Of a stretch of 64,000 nt of DNA, positions 20,980 through 29,818 are shown piece by piece (positions within the stretch are counted from its first letter, which is position 1; each line of letters starts with the position of its first letter). Below the pieces are notes generated by a model that saw only the letters and a program-made list of their open reading frames with translations, was not told where the DNA came from and ran no database searches. Source of the stretch: Verrucomicrobiota bacterium (GTDB lineage: Bacteria; Verrucomicrobiota; Verrucomicrobiia; Limisphaerales; CANJSG01); the NCBI GenBank assembly GCA_038209745.1, contig JBBQXJ010000003.1:46284-110283 (forward strand), written 5' to 3'. The translations under genes and the position numbers were made by a program.

Positions 20980-21963
20980 TCAGTCGTGGACGAAAATGAT
21001 GCGGCTGCCGGCGGGCTCGAAGCGGAAGTTCACCGGGCGAAGGTCCTGCAGCGCTTTGGCCACGGCTTCGTGCCGGCTCTCCGGCGCGTAGAACATGAGG
21101 AAACCGCCGCTGCCCGCGCCCAGGAGCTTGCCGCCGATCGCGCCGGCTTTGCGGGCCTTCGCATACCAGGCATCGATCCGGCGGTTGCTGATCTGGCCGG
21201 TCATGCTGCGCTTCAGCTCCCAGTTTTCGTGGATGATCTCGCCGAGGGCGTCGAGGTTGTTCTGTTCCAGCTCGGACTTGAGCGTGCCGGCCAGCTCGAC
21301 CATCCGGAGCATCGTCGCCTGCTTCTTCTTCTGCGACGCCATGGCGGTCTGTTGGCTCTTGAGCACGGAGGAGGCGCTGCGGGTCAGTCCGGTGTAGAAG
21401 ACGAGGATCTTGTCCTGAAGCCGGGTGATCGTCTCGCGCCGGCAGATGATGGGCTCGACGCTGACCGTGTCGTCGGGGTTGAACCGGATGAAATTGAAGC
21501 CGCCGTAGGCCGCCGCGTATTGGTCCTGCTTGCCGATGGGTTCGCCGCAGCGGTCGATCTCGATCTCGCAGGACTCGCGGCCCAGACGCTCGGCCGAGGC
21601 GAATTGTCCGCGATAGGCGTGCAGCGCGTGGAGCAGTCCCACGGTGAAGGCGCTGGAAGAGCCGAGTCCCGTGCCGCGCGCCGGGATGTCGGCCACGGAG
21701 GTGATCTCCACCCCGCCGGCAAGCCCCACCGTCTTCATCGCCTCACGGACGAGGGGATGTTTGATCCGATCGACGGACTTGGCCTCCTCGGTGCGCGAGT
21801 AGCTCACGCGGATGCGGTCGTCGAACTTCTTGTTCACCTGGAGGTAGACGTAGCGGTCGATGGCGGTGGACACGACGGCGCCGCCGAACTTCCGGTAGAA
21901 GACCGGTAGATCGCTCCCGCCCCCGACAAAGCTCATGCGCAATGGTGTCCGGCTGATGATCAT
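20980..21963 (-). CDS. hddA: GHMP kinase, D-glycero-alpha-D-manno-heptose-7-phosphate kinase (HddA)-like
   Basis: [45 protein letters not shown]. Confidence 0.75.
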   Translation of the reverse strand: MIISRTPLRMSFVGGGSDLPVFYRKFGGAVVSTAIDRYVYLQVNKKFDDRIRVSYSRTEEAKSVDRIKHPLVREAMKTVGLAGGVEITSVADIPARGTGLGSSSAFTVGLLHALHAYRGQFASAERLGRESCEIEIDRCGEPIGKQDQYAAAYGGFNFIRFNPDDTVSVEPIICRRETITRLQDKILVFYTGLTRSASSVLKSQQTAMASQKKKQATMLRMVELAGTLKSELEQNNLDALGEIIHENWELKRSMTGQISNRRIDAWYAKARKAGAIGGKLLGAGSGGFLMFYAPESRHEAVAKALQDLRPVNFRFEPAGSRIIFVHD

Positions 21964-22144
21964 GACGGGCGGAGACTGCGTCGCCGTCGCGCAAAGGGGA
22001 ATGCGGAAACAACGACGACGCGCTCGATGGGGGGGCGTGCTTGGATTCCAGCCCCCTCCATCCGCCCTGGATCGGCGGCCCCGGCGTTGGGTCCGCTCCG
22101 CCTTTTACCTTGGTCCAAATGGCTGTTTCCGGTAGCTCAGAGGC

Positions 22145-23098
22145 GTGAATTTCCTGGTCACCGGCGGGGCGGGCTTCATCGGCTCCCATGTGTGTGAACG
22201 CCTTCTCGATGAAGGCCACACGGTCCACGCCCTGGACGACATCAACCCCTACTATGATTCCTCGTTCAAGGAGCGGAATCTTGTGGAGCTCCGGTCCATC
22301 GGCGGAGATCGGTTCGAGCTCCATCGGGGCGACATTGCCGAGACGGCCGTGGTGGAAGCCGCGATGGATGCGGCGAAGTTCGACCAGATCATCCATCTGG
22401 CGGCGAGAGCGGGCGTCCGTCCGAGCTTGGAAGAGCCTTTGCTCTATCAACAGGTGAACGTCGGCGGCACGACGAACATCCTGGAGGCCGCGCGGAAACG
22501 CGCCATCCGCAAGGTCACCATCGCCAGCAGCAGCTCGGTCTACGGATTGAACGCCAAGGTGCCCTTCAGCGAGTCGGACTCGGTGGTGACGCCGATCTCG
22601 CCCTACGCCGCGAGCAAGTTGGCCTGCGAGTCCCTGGGCCACGTCTATCACCACATCTACGGCATGGACGTGGCCATGCTGCGCTTCTTCACCGTCTATG
22701 GGCCGCGGCAACGACCCGATCTGGCGATCTACAAGTTCGCCAAGCTGATCATGGCGGGAAAGCCGATCCCGGTCTTCGGCGACGGCACCTCGGCGCGGGA
22801 CTACACGTTTGTCTCGGACACGGTGGACGGCATCGTGGCCTGCACGAAACAGCAGTTCGGCTACGAGATCTTCAATCTGGGCGAAAGCGACACCGTTACT
22901 CTGTCACGCATGATCGGGCTGCTGGAATCCGCGCTCGGCAAGGCGGCGATCATCGACCGCCAGCCCATGCAGCCGGGCGACGTTCCGTTGACCTTCGCCG
23001 ACATTTCCAAGGCGCGTGCTCGGCTGGGCTACGATCCCAGGATCAAGGCCGAGGAAGGCATTCCGCTTTTCGTGGAATGGTTCCTCAAACAACCCTGA
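22145..23098 (+). CDS. NAD-dependent nucleotide-sugar epimerase (UDP-glucuronate 4-epimerase-like)
   Basis: TGGAGFIGSH, HLAARAGVRPS, ASSSSVYG, YAASK, LRFFTVYGPRQRPD. Confidence 0.9.
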   Translation: MNFLVTGGAGFIGSHVCERLLDEGHTVHALDDINPYYDSSFKERNLVELRSIGGDRFELHRGDIAETAVVEAAMDAAKFDQIIHLAARAGVRPSLEEPLLYQQVNVGGTTNILEAARKRAIRKVTIASSSSVYGLNAKVPFSESDSVVTPISPYAASKLACESLGHVYHHIYGMDVAMLRFFTVYGPRQRPDLAIYKFAKLIMAGKPIPVFGDGTSARDYTFVSDTVDGIVACTKQQFGYEIFNLGESDTVTLSRMIGLLESALGKAAIIDRQPMQPGDVPLTFADISKARARLGYDPRIKAEEGIPLFVEWFLKQP

Positions 23099-23226
23099 AC
23101 GCCCGGTCGCAAGCGGGTTCGGGCTGCCCTTCCCCCACCGGATGCCACGCCGCTGAGCTCCACACGGAAGACCGGCGGATTGTGGCTGCGGGTCGTCGCG
23201 TTGGCCGGCGGAGTTGGCCGAAGAAT

Positions 23227-23988
23227 CTACAAGCCGCTGGGGTGATCGAGGAATTGCCAGGGCACCTTGAACTTCTTCGAGAGCTCCGCCGAAAGCGCCT
23301 TCACGCCGAACGTTTCCGTGGCGTAGTGGCCGCCGTGGAGGACGTTCAATCCGAGCTCCTCGGCCAGCGGAAAGCTCCAGTGAGGCCCTTCGCCGGTGAT
23401 GAAGGTGTCCACTTCCTCGCGGGCCACCTGAACCAGCTCCGCTCCGGCTCCTCCGCTGCAGATGCCCAGGCTGCGGACTTGTTCGCCGCCGCCGGGCAAC
23501 AGTTTCACGGGCCCTTCGAGAAGCGTCTCCAATTGTTGAACGAGGACGGAACGGGTGGTGTTCACCTTGGCCTTCCAGCCCAGGAACTGCCCTTTGGATG
23601 AAAGGAATGGTTTTGGAGCACGAAGGCCGAGACCCGCGGCGAGGCACGCGTTGTTGCCGAGCTTGGGGTGGAGATCTAGGGGCAGATGGGAGCTGTAGAC
23701 CGAAAGGTTGTGGTCCAGGAGCAGTCGGAGCAACTCGTAGCGTTTGCCGGTCCACGGCACGGTCGGTGACCAGAAGAGTCCGTGATGGACGACGAGGAGG
23801 TCGGCCTTGGCTTCGATCGCCATTCGGACCGTGGCCAAAGAGGCGTCCACGGCGGCGGCGATCCTCGTTACGCGCCCGCTGTTCTCGACCTGCAAGCCGT
23901 TCTTGGCGCCGTCATAGTCGATGATTTCGTCGGTGCGGAGAGTCCGGTCGCAGTAGGCGACGATCTTGGCGAGCGGGTTGGCGGTCAT
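23227..23988 (-). CDS. Nif3-like dinuclear metal center hexameric protein (YbgI family)
   Basis: NGLQV, VHHGLFW, HLPLD.HP..GNN, GGHYATE.FGV. Confidence 0.9.
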   Translation of the reverse strand: MTANPLAKIVAYCDRTLRTDEIIDYDGAKNGLQVENSGRVTRIAAAVDASLATVRMAIEAKADLLVVHHGLFWSPTVPWTGKRYELLRLLLDHNLSVYSSHLPLDLHPKLGNNACLAAGLGLRAPKPFLSSKGQFLGWKAKVNTTRSVLVQQLETLLEGPVKLLPGGGEQVRSLGICSGGAGAELVQVAREEVDTFITGEGPHWSFPLAEELGLNVLHGGHYATETFGVKALSAELSKKFKVPWQFLDHPSGL

Positions 23989-23992
23989 CGGA

Positions 23993-24679
23993 TCAGTAGG
24001 AACCGGGTCCGGCAGAAAGTCCCTCCACGATGGCGATGCCGGCAGAAGTGCCCAACCGGGTCGCGCCCGCCTCGATCATGGCCAGGGCGGTCGCGGTGTC
24101 GCGGATGCCGCCGGAAGCTTTCACGCCGAACTTCTCGCCGACGTGTTCTCTGAGGAGCTTCACGTCGTCGAGGGTTGCGCCTCCGCTGCTGGATCCAGTC
24201 GAGGTCTTGATGAAGCGGGCCCCGGATTCCACCACCAGCCGGCAGGCCCGGATCTTCTCCTCTTCGGTGAGCAGGCAGGTCTCGATGATCACCTTCACGG
24301 GCCGTTCGTCGGCGGCTTCGACGACGTCGCGCAGCTCGCGCAGAACGTAGTGGTCGTCGCCCTCTTTCAGTTTGGCGATGTTCAGGACCACATCGATCTC
24401 TTCGGCGCCGTGGTCGATGGCGACCTCGGTTTCGTAGCGTTTGACGTCTGGATCCATGGCGCCGAGGGGGAAGCCAACGACGGCAGCAACCTTCACCTCG
24501 CTGCCCTCGACCAATGACACGGCCAGTTCGACCTGGGAGCCGTTGACACACACGCTGTAGAAGCCGTGCTCGATTGCTTCCCGGCACAGCTTCTCGATGT
24601 CCGCGCGCTGGGCGTCGGGTCTCAGGAGCGTGTGATCAATGTGGCGGGCCAGCGCGATGGGGTCCGGAAGGTTCGACAT
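23993..24679 (-). CDS. deoC: Deoxyribose-phosphate aldolase
   Basis: IDHTLL, VVGFPLG, KVIIET..L, FIKTSTG, VKASGGIR, GATRLGTS. Confidence 0.95.
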   Translation of the reverse strand: MSNLPDPIALARHIDHTLLRPDAQRADIEKLCREAIEHGFYSVCVNGSQVELAVSLVEGSEVKVAAVVGFPLGAMDPDVKRYETEVAIDHGAEEIDVVLNIAKLKEGDDHYVLRELRDVVEAADERPVKVIIETCLLTEEEKIRACRLVVESGARFIKTSTGSSSGGATLDDVKLLREHVGEKFGVKASGGIRDTATALAMIEAGATRLGTSAGIAIVEGLSAGPGSY

Positions 24680-24786
24680 GGGCCTGTGTTTACGGGCTGT
24701 CGGCGGCGGAGGGGAGAAAATTTCTATTGCCGCGCGGGTGTCAGCCGGTATTTTGCCCAGCTCTTAGTCAACCAAAGGTTACTTTC

Positions 24787-25032
24787 TTGAACAGCGAATA
24801 CGTCAAGCAGGCACTGGTGAAGGTTGGAAACCCCAACGTTCTGATCAACCTCATCTCACGCCGCGTCCGGCAACTCAACAACGGCGGGGGAGGATCCAAC
24901 CGTCCCCTGATCGCCGACACGGCCACTCTGGGCGCGGCGGATATCGCCCTGCTGGAGATCATCGAGGGCAAGATGGGCTGGCACGTCGAGGGTATCCCCG
25001 AGGTCAACCCCTCTCCCGTAGTAGCGAGCTAG
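24787..25032 (+). CDS. rpoZ: DNA-directed RNA polymerase subunit omega (divergent, TTG start)
   Basis: AL.KVGN...LINLISRRVRQL...PLI......DIAL.EI.EGK matches the omega pattern. Confidence 0.75.
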   Translation: MNSEYVKQALVKVGNPNVLINLISRRVRQLNNGGGGSNRPLIADTATLGAADIALLEIIEGKMGWHVEGIPEVNPSPVVAS

Positions 25033-25065
25033 GATCGATCGCGGGAGCGAACTGGATTTTATTCG

Positions 25066-25092
25066 AGCCGCAGGTGCGAGCCTGCGGCTTTT
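25066..25092 (+). terminator. Terminator-like hairpin between rpoZ and smpB
   Basis: agccgcagg-tgcgag-cctgcggct followed by short T run. Confidence 0.45.
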
Positions 25093-25102
25093 CCGTATCC
25101 AT

Positions 25103-25558
25103 ATGGCCGACATCGTCACCAATTCCAAGGCCCGGCGGGACTATCACATCCTGTCCACCTACGAGTGCGGGATCGTTTTGCGCGGCACCGAAGTAAAGGC
25201 GCTCCGGGCCGGCAAGGCGCAGATCGCGGACGCCTTCGCGCGGGTGGAAAACGGAGAGGTTTGGCTGCACAACGCCCACATCGACGAATACTCCCACGGG
25301 AACCTCGAGAACCATGTCCCCAAAGCCCCTCGGAAGCTGCTGTTGAACCGGTCCGAGATTCGCAAGCTGTCCGAGCAATCCGCCGTGAAAGGCCGAGCAC
25401 TGGTCGCGCTGTCGTTCCATTGGAAACAATGCCTGGTCAAGGTGCTCCTGGCGGTGGGGGAAGGAAAAGCGGAGTTCGACAAACGGCAGGACCTGAAGAA
25501 GCGCGAAGATGAACGCGAAATGAAGCGCGCGATCATGCATCGACTGAAACGAGGCTGA
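25103..25558 (+). CDS. smpB: SsrA-binding protein SmpB
   Basis: N.KARRDY.I...YE.GIVL.GTEVKALR, PRKLLL, GK..FDKR...K.RE. Confidence 0.95.
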   Translation: MADIVTNSKARRDYHILSTYECGIVLRGTEVKALRAGKAQIADAFARVENGEVWLHNAHIDEYSHGNLENHVPKAPRKLLLNRSEIRKLSEQSAVKGRALVALSFHWKQCLVKVLLAVGEGKAEFDKRQDLKKREDEREMKRAIMHRLKRG

Positions 25559-25621
25559 CGACGGCGATCCACGGAATTGAAGGCGTCCCTAGTGGTTTTT
25601 CGCCGTCGGAACTGAACAGAG

Positions 25622-25651
25622 AAAAAGGGCGCCCTCTTTCAAGAGACGCCC
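25622..25651 (-). terminator. Intrinsic terminator of rpmB
   Basis: Minus strand gggcgtctctt-gaa-agagggcgccc followed by TTTTT. Confidence 0.75.
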
Positions 25652-25674
25652 CACACACGGTTCCAAAAAATAAT

Positions 25675-25941
25675 CTACTTGGCGGCGGATTCGGGCTTCT
25701 TCCAAGTGCGCTTGGGAGCCTTGGTCACGAGGCCCTTCTTGATGGCCTTGGCGGTGACCCGGATGTAGCGGACCTCGCCGTTGATCAGCGCTTTGACCCG
25801 TTGAAGGTTCGGGAAGAACCGGCGCTTCGTGATCGCAGTCACGTGCATGCCGATGCCGCCTTCCTTCTTGGCCTTACCACTGCGCCAAATCTTGGTGCCC
25901 TGGATCGGGCGCTTTCCTGTCAGTTCACAAATGCGAGCCAT
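25675..25941 (-). CDS. rpmB: 50S ribosomal protein L28
   Basis: MARICELTGKRP..G.......K..GG.G.H....TKRRF.PNLQ; SD AAAGGA upstream. Confidence 0.95.
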   Translation of the reverse strand: MARICELTGKRPIQGTKIWRSGKAKKEGGIGMHVTAITKRRFFPNLQRVKALINGEVRYIRVTAKAIKKGLVTKAPKRTWKKPESAAK

Positions 25942-25972
25942 AATGCGTTCCTTTGTTGAGAAAGGAAGGCGG

Positions 25973-26001
25973 AACCTACGAGCAGTGGAATTTGGAGGCA
26001 A
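25973..26001 (-). promoter_or_regulatory. Putative sigma70 promoter of rpmB
   Basis: TTGCCT-N17-TAGGTT on minus strand. Confidence 0.6.
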
Positions 26002-26233
26002 GCCCGTTCTATCATTTTTTTGGGAGGCAATTCGTATCAATTGTAGGATTCCTGCTTCGGACGGGACTTTTGCGGCGTCCCGGGATAACACCATCATCGT
26101 TCCGACGTGGGATGTCTCCAATGTTGGCCGACATCCCCATGATTGGAACCCATATGCCCGATCTCTGTTCCTGCTCCTGCCCGGCGAGGCCCGGCTCCAA
26201 TTCTTGGAACCGGACGATGGCGCGATTCGAGTC

Positions 26234-27301
26234 ATGAGCGACTTCACGCTGGAGGACTTCGGCTGGAACGCCGGCCATGCGGCCGACTTCAAGGCACACG
26301 TGACCGGACAGTTCCGCCCGGCTCGGGTGGCCATCGAACATCGGGGCGGCTACCAGGTCGTCGAACCTGAACTCGGCCTCGTTCCCGCCACCATCACGGG
26401 GCGGCTCCGCCACGATCTCCGCGACAACTCGAAAAGGCCTGTCGTCGGCGACTGGGTTGCCGTCGTCCAGCCGCAAGGCGAGAAGAAGGTCGTCATTCAC
26501 CAGGTGCTGCCGCGGCGGACCCGGCTTTCCCGCAACGCCGCCGGCCGCGAGACCGAGGAGCAGATCCTCGCCTCGAACATCGACCAGGTGCTTGTCACGG
26601 CCTCGCTCGCGCTGGAGCTGAACGTCCGTCGCATCGAGCGCTATGTCGCGGTGGCGACCGATTCCGGGGCCCGCGTCGTGCTGCTGCTGACCAAGTCCGA
26701 CCTCGCGAAGGATCCTGCGGGCGAGCTCGCCAAGGTCCAGGCCGTGCTGGGCACGGTGCCGGTGATGACCATCAGCAGCGTTTCGCGCAAAGGCCTGAAG
26801 GATGTGCGCAAACTGCTCAAGCGCGGCGAGACCACGGTGATCATCGGGCCTTCCGGTGTCGGGAAGTCGTCGCTGATCAACACCCTGTGCGACGACGACG
26901 AACTGCTGCTGGTGCAGGAGGCGCGCGGCGACGACCAGAAGGGGCGTCATACGACGACCCATCGCGAACTGCTGCCATTGCCCAACGGCGCGCTGATGAT
27001 CGACACGCCGGGTGTGCGCGAACTCCAGGTCTGGATCGACGAGGCGGAACTGGCGGAGGCGTTCGCCGGGCTGGAGGAACTGGCGCTACGGTGCAAGTTC
27101 ACCACCTGCCGGCATGTGGACGAGCTCGGATGCAAGGTCCGCGCAGAAGTGGCGGCGGGTCGGATCTCGGAGGAGAGGCTCGCCAACTATCGGAAGCTCA
27201 AGGAAGAGGCCGCGCAGAACACCGAGCGGCAGCGGCAGCGCCGGCAGGTCGAGGAACACCGCGTGAAGAAGCGGCTGATCAACCAGGCGGACGGGGTCTG
27301 A
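26234..27301 (+). CDS. rsgA: Ribosome small subunit-dependent GTPase A
   Basis: PVVGDWV, TKSD, GPSGVGKSSLIN, KGRHTTT, IDTPG.RE, CKF..C.H..E.GC zinc finger. Confidence 0.95.
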   Translation: MSDFTLEDFGWNAGHAADFKAHVTGQFRPARVAIEHRGGYQVVEPELGLVPATITGRLRHDLRDNSKRPVVGDWVAVVQPQGEKKVVIHQVLPRRTRLSRNAAGRETEEQILASNIDQVLVTASLALELNVRRIERYVAVATDSGARVVLLLTKSDLAKDPAGELAKVQAVLGTVPVMTISSVSRKGLKDVRKLLKRGETTVIIGPSGVGKSSLINTLCDDDELLLVQEARGDDQKGRHTTTHRELLPLPNGALMIDTPGVRELQVWIDEAELAEAFAGLEELALRCKFTTCRHVDELGCKVRAEVAAGRISEERLANYRKLKEEAAQNTERQRQRRQVEEHRVKKRLINQADGV

Positions 27302-27324
27302 CCGGGTCTTGGATCTGGCGAGGA

Positions 27325-28596
27325 TCAGTGGATTTCCGGCAACACGATGTCGGACGGAGCCTTGCCGAGGGTCGGCCGGGTGAACGCTTCGCCATAGCGG
27401 CTGGACCCCTCCACGAACCCGCCGTGTGAGAGGAAGAACTGGCCGTTCTCCAAGCCCATGAAACGGTCGAGGCGGTCGGCCTTGCCGGTGGCGTCGTGGC
27501 TGAACTTGGCCGTCGACAGTTCCGACCAGGTGCCGTCCGTGGACCGGATCCATTGGTTTCCGTAGAACACCTTCCGGCGGAGGTGGCCGTTGTCGCCGCC
27601 GAAGTTCTCGCTGAAGCTGTGGAGCCCCCGCAAAGACCCGCCGTCCTTGGGCGCGCGCCAGCTGGAGACGAGCATCCAGCGGTGGCTGTCCGGATGGAAA
27701 TAATAGCCGGAGTAGACGGTGTGGGTCGCGTCGACCGGCTTGGCGGTGACGAAGAACCGCTGCTTCTCGCCGGTCTTCCAGAAATACTTCAGATGGCTGT
27801 GGCCGCCGGTACCCTCGTTCCCGAAATCACCGGAATACACCCCGTCTCCTTTCGCCAGCAGTGTGACGCGGTCGGCTTCGGCGACCTTCTTCCGGTCCAC
27901 GCCCTCGTTGCCGCTGTCCCAGACGCTGAAGATGATCCTGCGTTCAGTCGGGCTGTTGACCTGCATTCCGAAATAGCCGCGGTGCCAGCCGCAGGCCATG
28001 TAGAAGGTCCACAGCGGGTCCGCCTCCGCCGTCGCCTCGCAGTAGAACGCCTCGACCGTCGTGCCGTCCGGCACGGGATACATCAAGTGGACGGAGGCGG
28101 CGTTGCGGCGCGGCTTGAGATTGAAATGCGCCGCCTCCGCCGCCGGGCCGCCGAGGACGAGTTCGCGCACGTTTCCGGCCGGCGTTCCAACGGGGTTCAG
28201 CGACGACAACGTGAACCTTTGATAGCCGGTTTTCGGAATGATGAAGTCGCCGAAAGGAACCGTGATGGCGGCGTCTCCTTCTCCGACGATGTCGACCACA
28301 CGGGACTGCTCCGCGACCGTCAATCGGAGCTTCGAGGTGGAATTCTTTGGTATCTGAACGGAGGCCGCACAGGTCACCGCCCCGGTGTGCTGGAATTCGC
28401 CGAACCACGAAACGGTCGTCGAAGGATCGTTCCATCGGGTGACGCCGCCGTCCTCTGAAACGCGCGCACCCTCCGGATCAGGATCAATGTAGGCGGTGAA
28501 CGCCGGCACGGTCAGCGTGGCGGGATCGGCCGCGTGGAGGGTGGCGATCAATGGCAACAGCGAAGCGAGGTGCGCGAGCGGGCGGAGTGGTGACAT
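27325..28596 (-). CDS. Exported DUF3472/DUF5077-type protein
   Basis: Signal peptide; ASVHL.Y, YMACGW..GYFGMQVNS.TERRIIFSVWD, FGNEGTGG.S, SF.ENF. Confidence 0.8.
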   Translation of the reverse strand: MSPLRPLAHLASLLPLIATLHAADPATLTVPAFTAYIDPDPEGARVSEDGGVTRWNDPSTTVSWFGEFQHTGAVTCAASVQIPKNSTSKLRLTVAEQSRVVDIVGEGDAAITVPFGDFIIPKTGYQRFTLSSLNPVGTPAGNVRELVLGGPAAEAAHFNLKPRRNAASVHLMYPVPDGTTVEAFYCEATAEADPLWTFYMACGWHRGYFGMQVNSPTERRIIFSVWDSGNEGVDRKKVAEADRVTLLAKGDGVYSGDFGNEGTGGHSHLKYFWKTGEKQRFFVTAKPVDATHTVYSGYYFHPDSHRWMLVSSWRAPKDGGSLRGLHSFSENFGGDNGHLRRKVFYGNQWIRSTDGTWSELSTAKFSHDATGKADRLDRFMGLENGQFFLSHGGFVEGSSRYGEAFTRPTLGKAPSDIVLPEIH

Positions 28597-28654
28597 TGGG
28601 AAAGCTTGGCGTGGGTGCGGTGGGTCAGAAAGACGCTTTTTCAACAAACCGGAG

Positions 28655-29422
28655 TCAGTGGCCGTTGCCGGTGGCCGGACTGCACCAGAGCCGGTTCTTG
28701 GCCGTGAGGTTTTGCTCCTGTCTGAAAACCTCGTAGCGCAGGAACTCCACGTGCCCGTCGAAGCTCAGCATGATGCCGCCCTTTTTCCCGTGGCGCTTTC
28801 CGAGATCCTGGTCGCCGGACGGATAAGCCGCCGCATCCCGATAGGAACCCGCCGATTTTTCGTCCGGTTCCCAGGACAGAAAGGCGTCGGGCCTGAAGTC
28901 GGCGAGCTTGAAGGTGCCAGTCCCCTTGGCGCCGTATCCGCACACGGCTCCGTTTTGGATATAGGTGGACATCTTGTTGATCCGGGCCTTGAAGGACGCG
29001 AGATCGGTTAGATCGAGGGGGCAGCGGTAGACTTCCTTCTTCTTGAGGTATGTCCAGAACAGGCCGGTCTCGTAAGCCTTGGTGGGATCCACATTGTAGG
29101 GGGCTATGACGAGGCTGGGGGCGAAGCCGTCTGGCGTTTTGGTCGCGTCGTAGAGCCAACCCTGGACACTCGGTGGATTCCAGTTGGGGTGGGCCAGTCG
29201 GTCCTGGTTGTCGGCGGCATACATCTGAGAGGCCAATCCGAGCTGCCTGTTGTTGTTGAGGCACTGTGTGCGCTGGGCCTGTTCCTTGGCCCTGGCCAGC
29301 GCTGGGAGGAGCATTCCCGCGAGGATCGCGATAATGGCGATGACGACCAGCAGCTCGATCAAGGTGAGGCCCCGGGCGTCTGCTGGGCGGCCTGGTTTCC
29401 GGGAATGGTTTGAATCGTTCAT
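28655..29422 (-). CDS. Prepilin-type N-methylation protein with H-X9-DG-type C-terminal motif
   Basis: [30 protein letters not shown]...[22 protein letters not shown] (H-X10-DG variant). Confidence 0.9.
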   Translation of the reverse strand: MNDSNHSRKPGRPADARGLTLIELLVVIAIIAILAGMLLPALARAKEQAQRTQCLNNNRQLGLASQMYAADNQDRLAHPNWNPPSVQGWLYDATKTPDGFAPSLVIAPYNVDPTKAYETGLFWTYLKKKEVYRCPLDLTDLASFKARINKMSTYIQNGAVCGYGAKGTGTFKLADFRPDAFLSWEPDEKSAGSYRDAAAYPSGDQDLGKRHGKKGGIMLSFDGHVEFLRYEVFRQEQNLTAKNRLWCSPATGNGH

Positions 29423-29818
29423 GTTCAATCTCTGACTGCCTGATGCCGGCCTCCCCCGGCGGGCGGACAAGGCCGACCTGTGCCCAGCACGATCAAGGAC
29501 ATCCTTCTTATAGGGCGAAGCAGGGTCGGCGTTGAATCCCCAATAAGGGTTGGATCCACGCGAAAGCATGCGGATCAGCCTGCATTCATGGGCTTTTGAG
29601 ATTGCCCCCCTAATGTGGTATGGCGTTTTGGACTACGAAGCGGATCAATTAAACAGTAGTGGCAGGCCCAAGCCGCAACCCGGTCCGGGAATGTTATTCC
29701 TGGCTCGGCGACTGCGCGGTTCTGGATCGTGTCCGCTGCCAGGATGTCCCCCAAGCAGGGCCCGCACTTTCGCGACGCTCCTGAGCCGTAACCTGAAACG
29801 TCCCGATCCCCAAAAGCC

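Noticed and set aside
18308..21963. Helicase plus GHMP kinase as an anti-phage or dedicated system
   Set aside because: Both are widespread ordinary families; no nuclease or other defence gene is adjacent.
26109..26137. Hairpin GGGATGTC...GACATCCC between rpmB and rsgA as an ncRNA
   Set aside because: A single hairpin with no recognisable family features.
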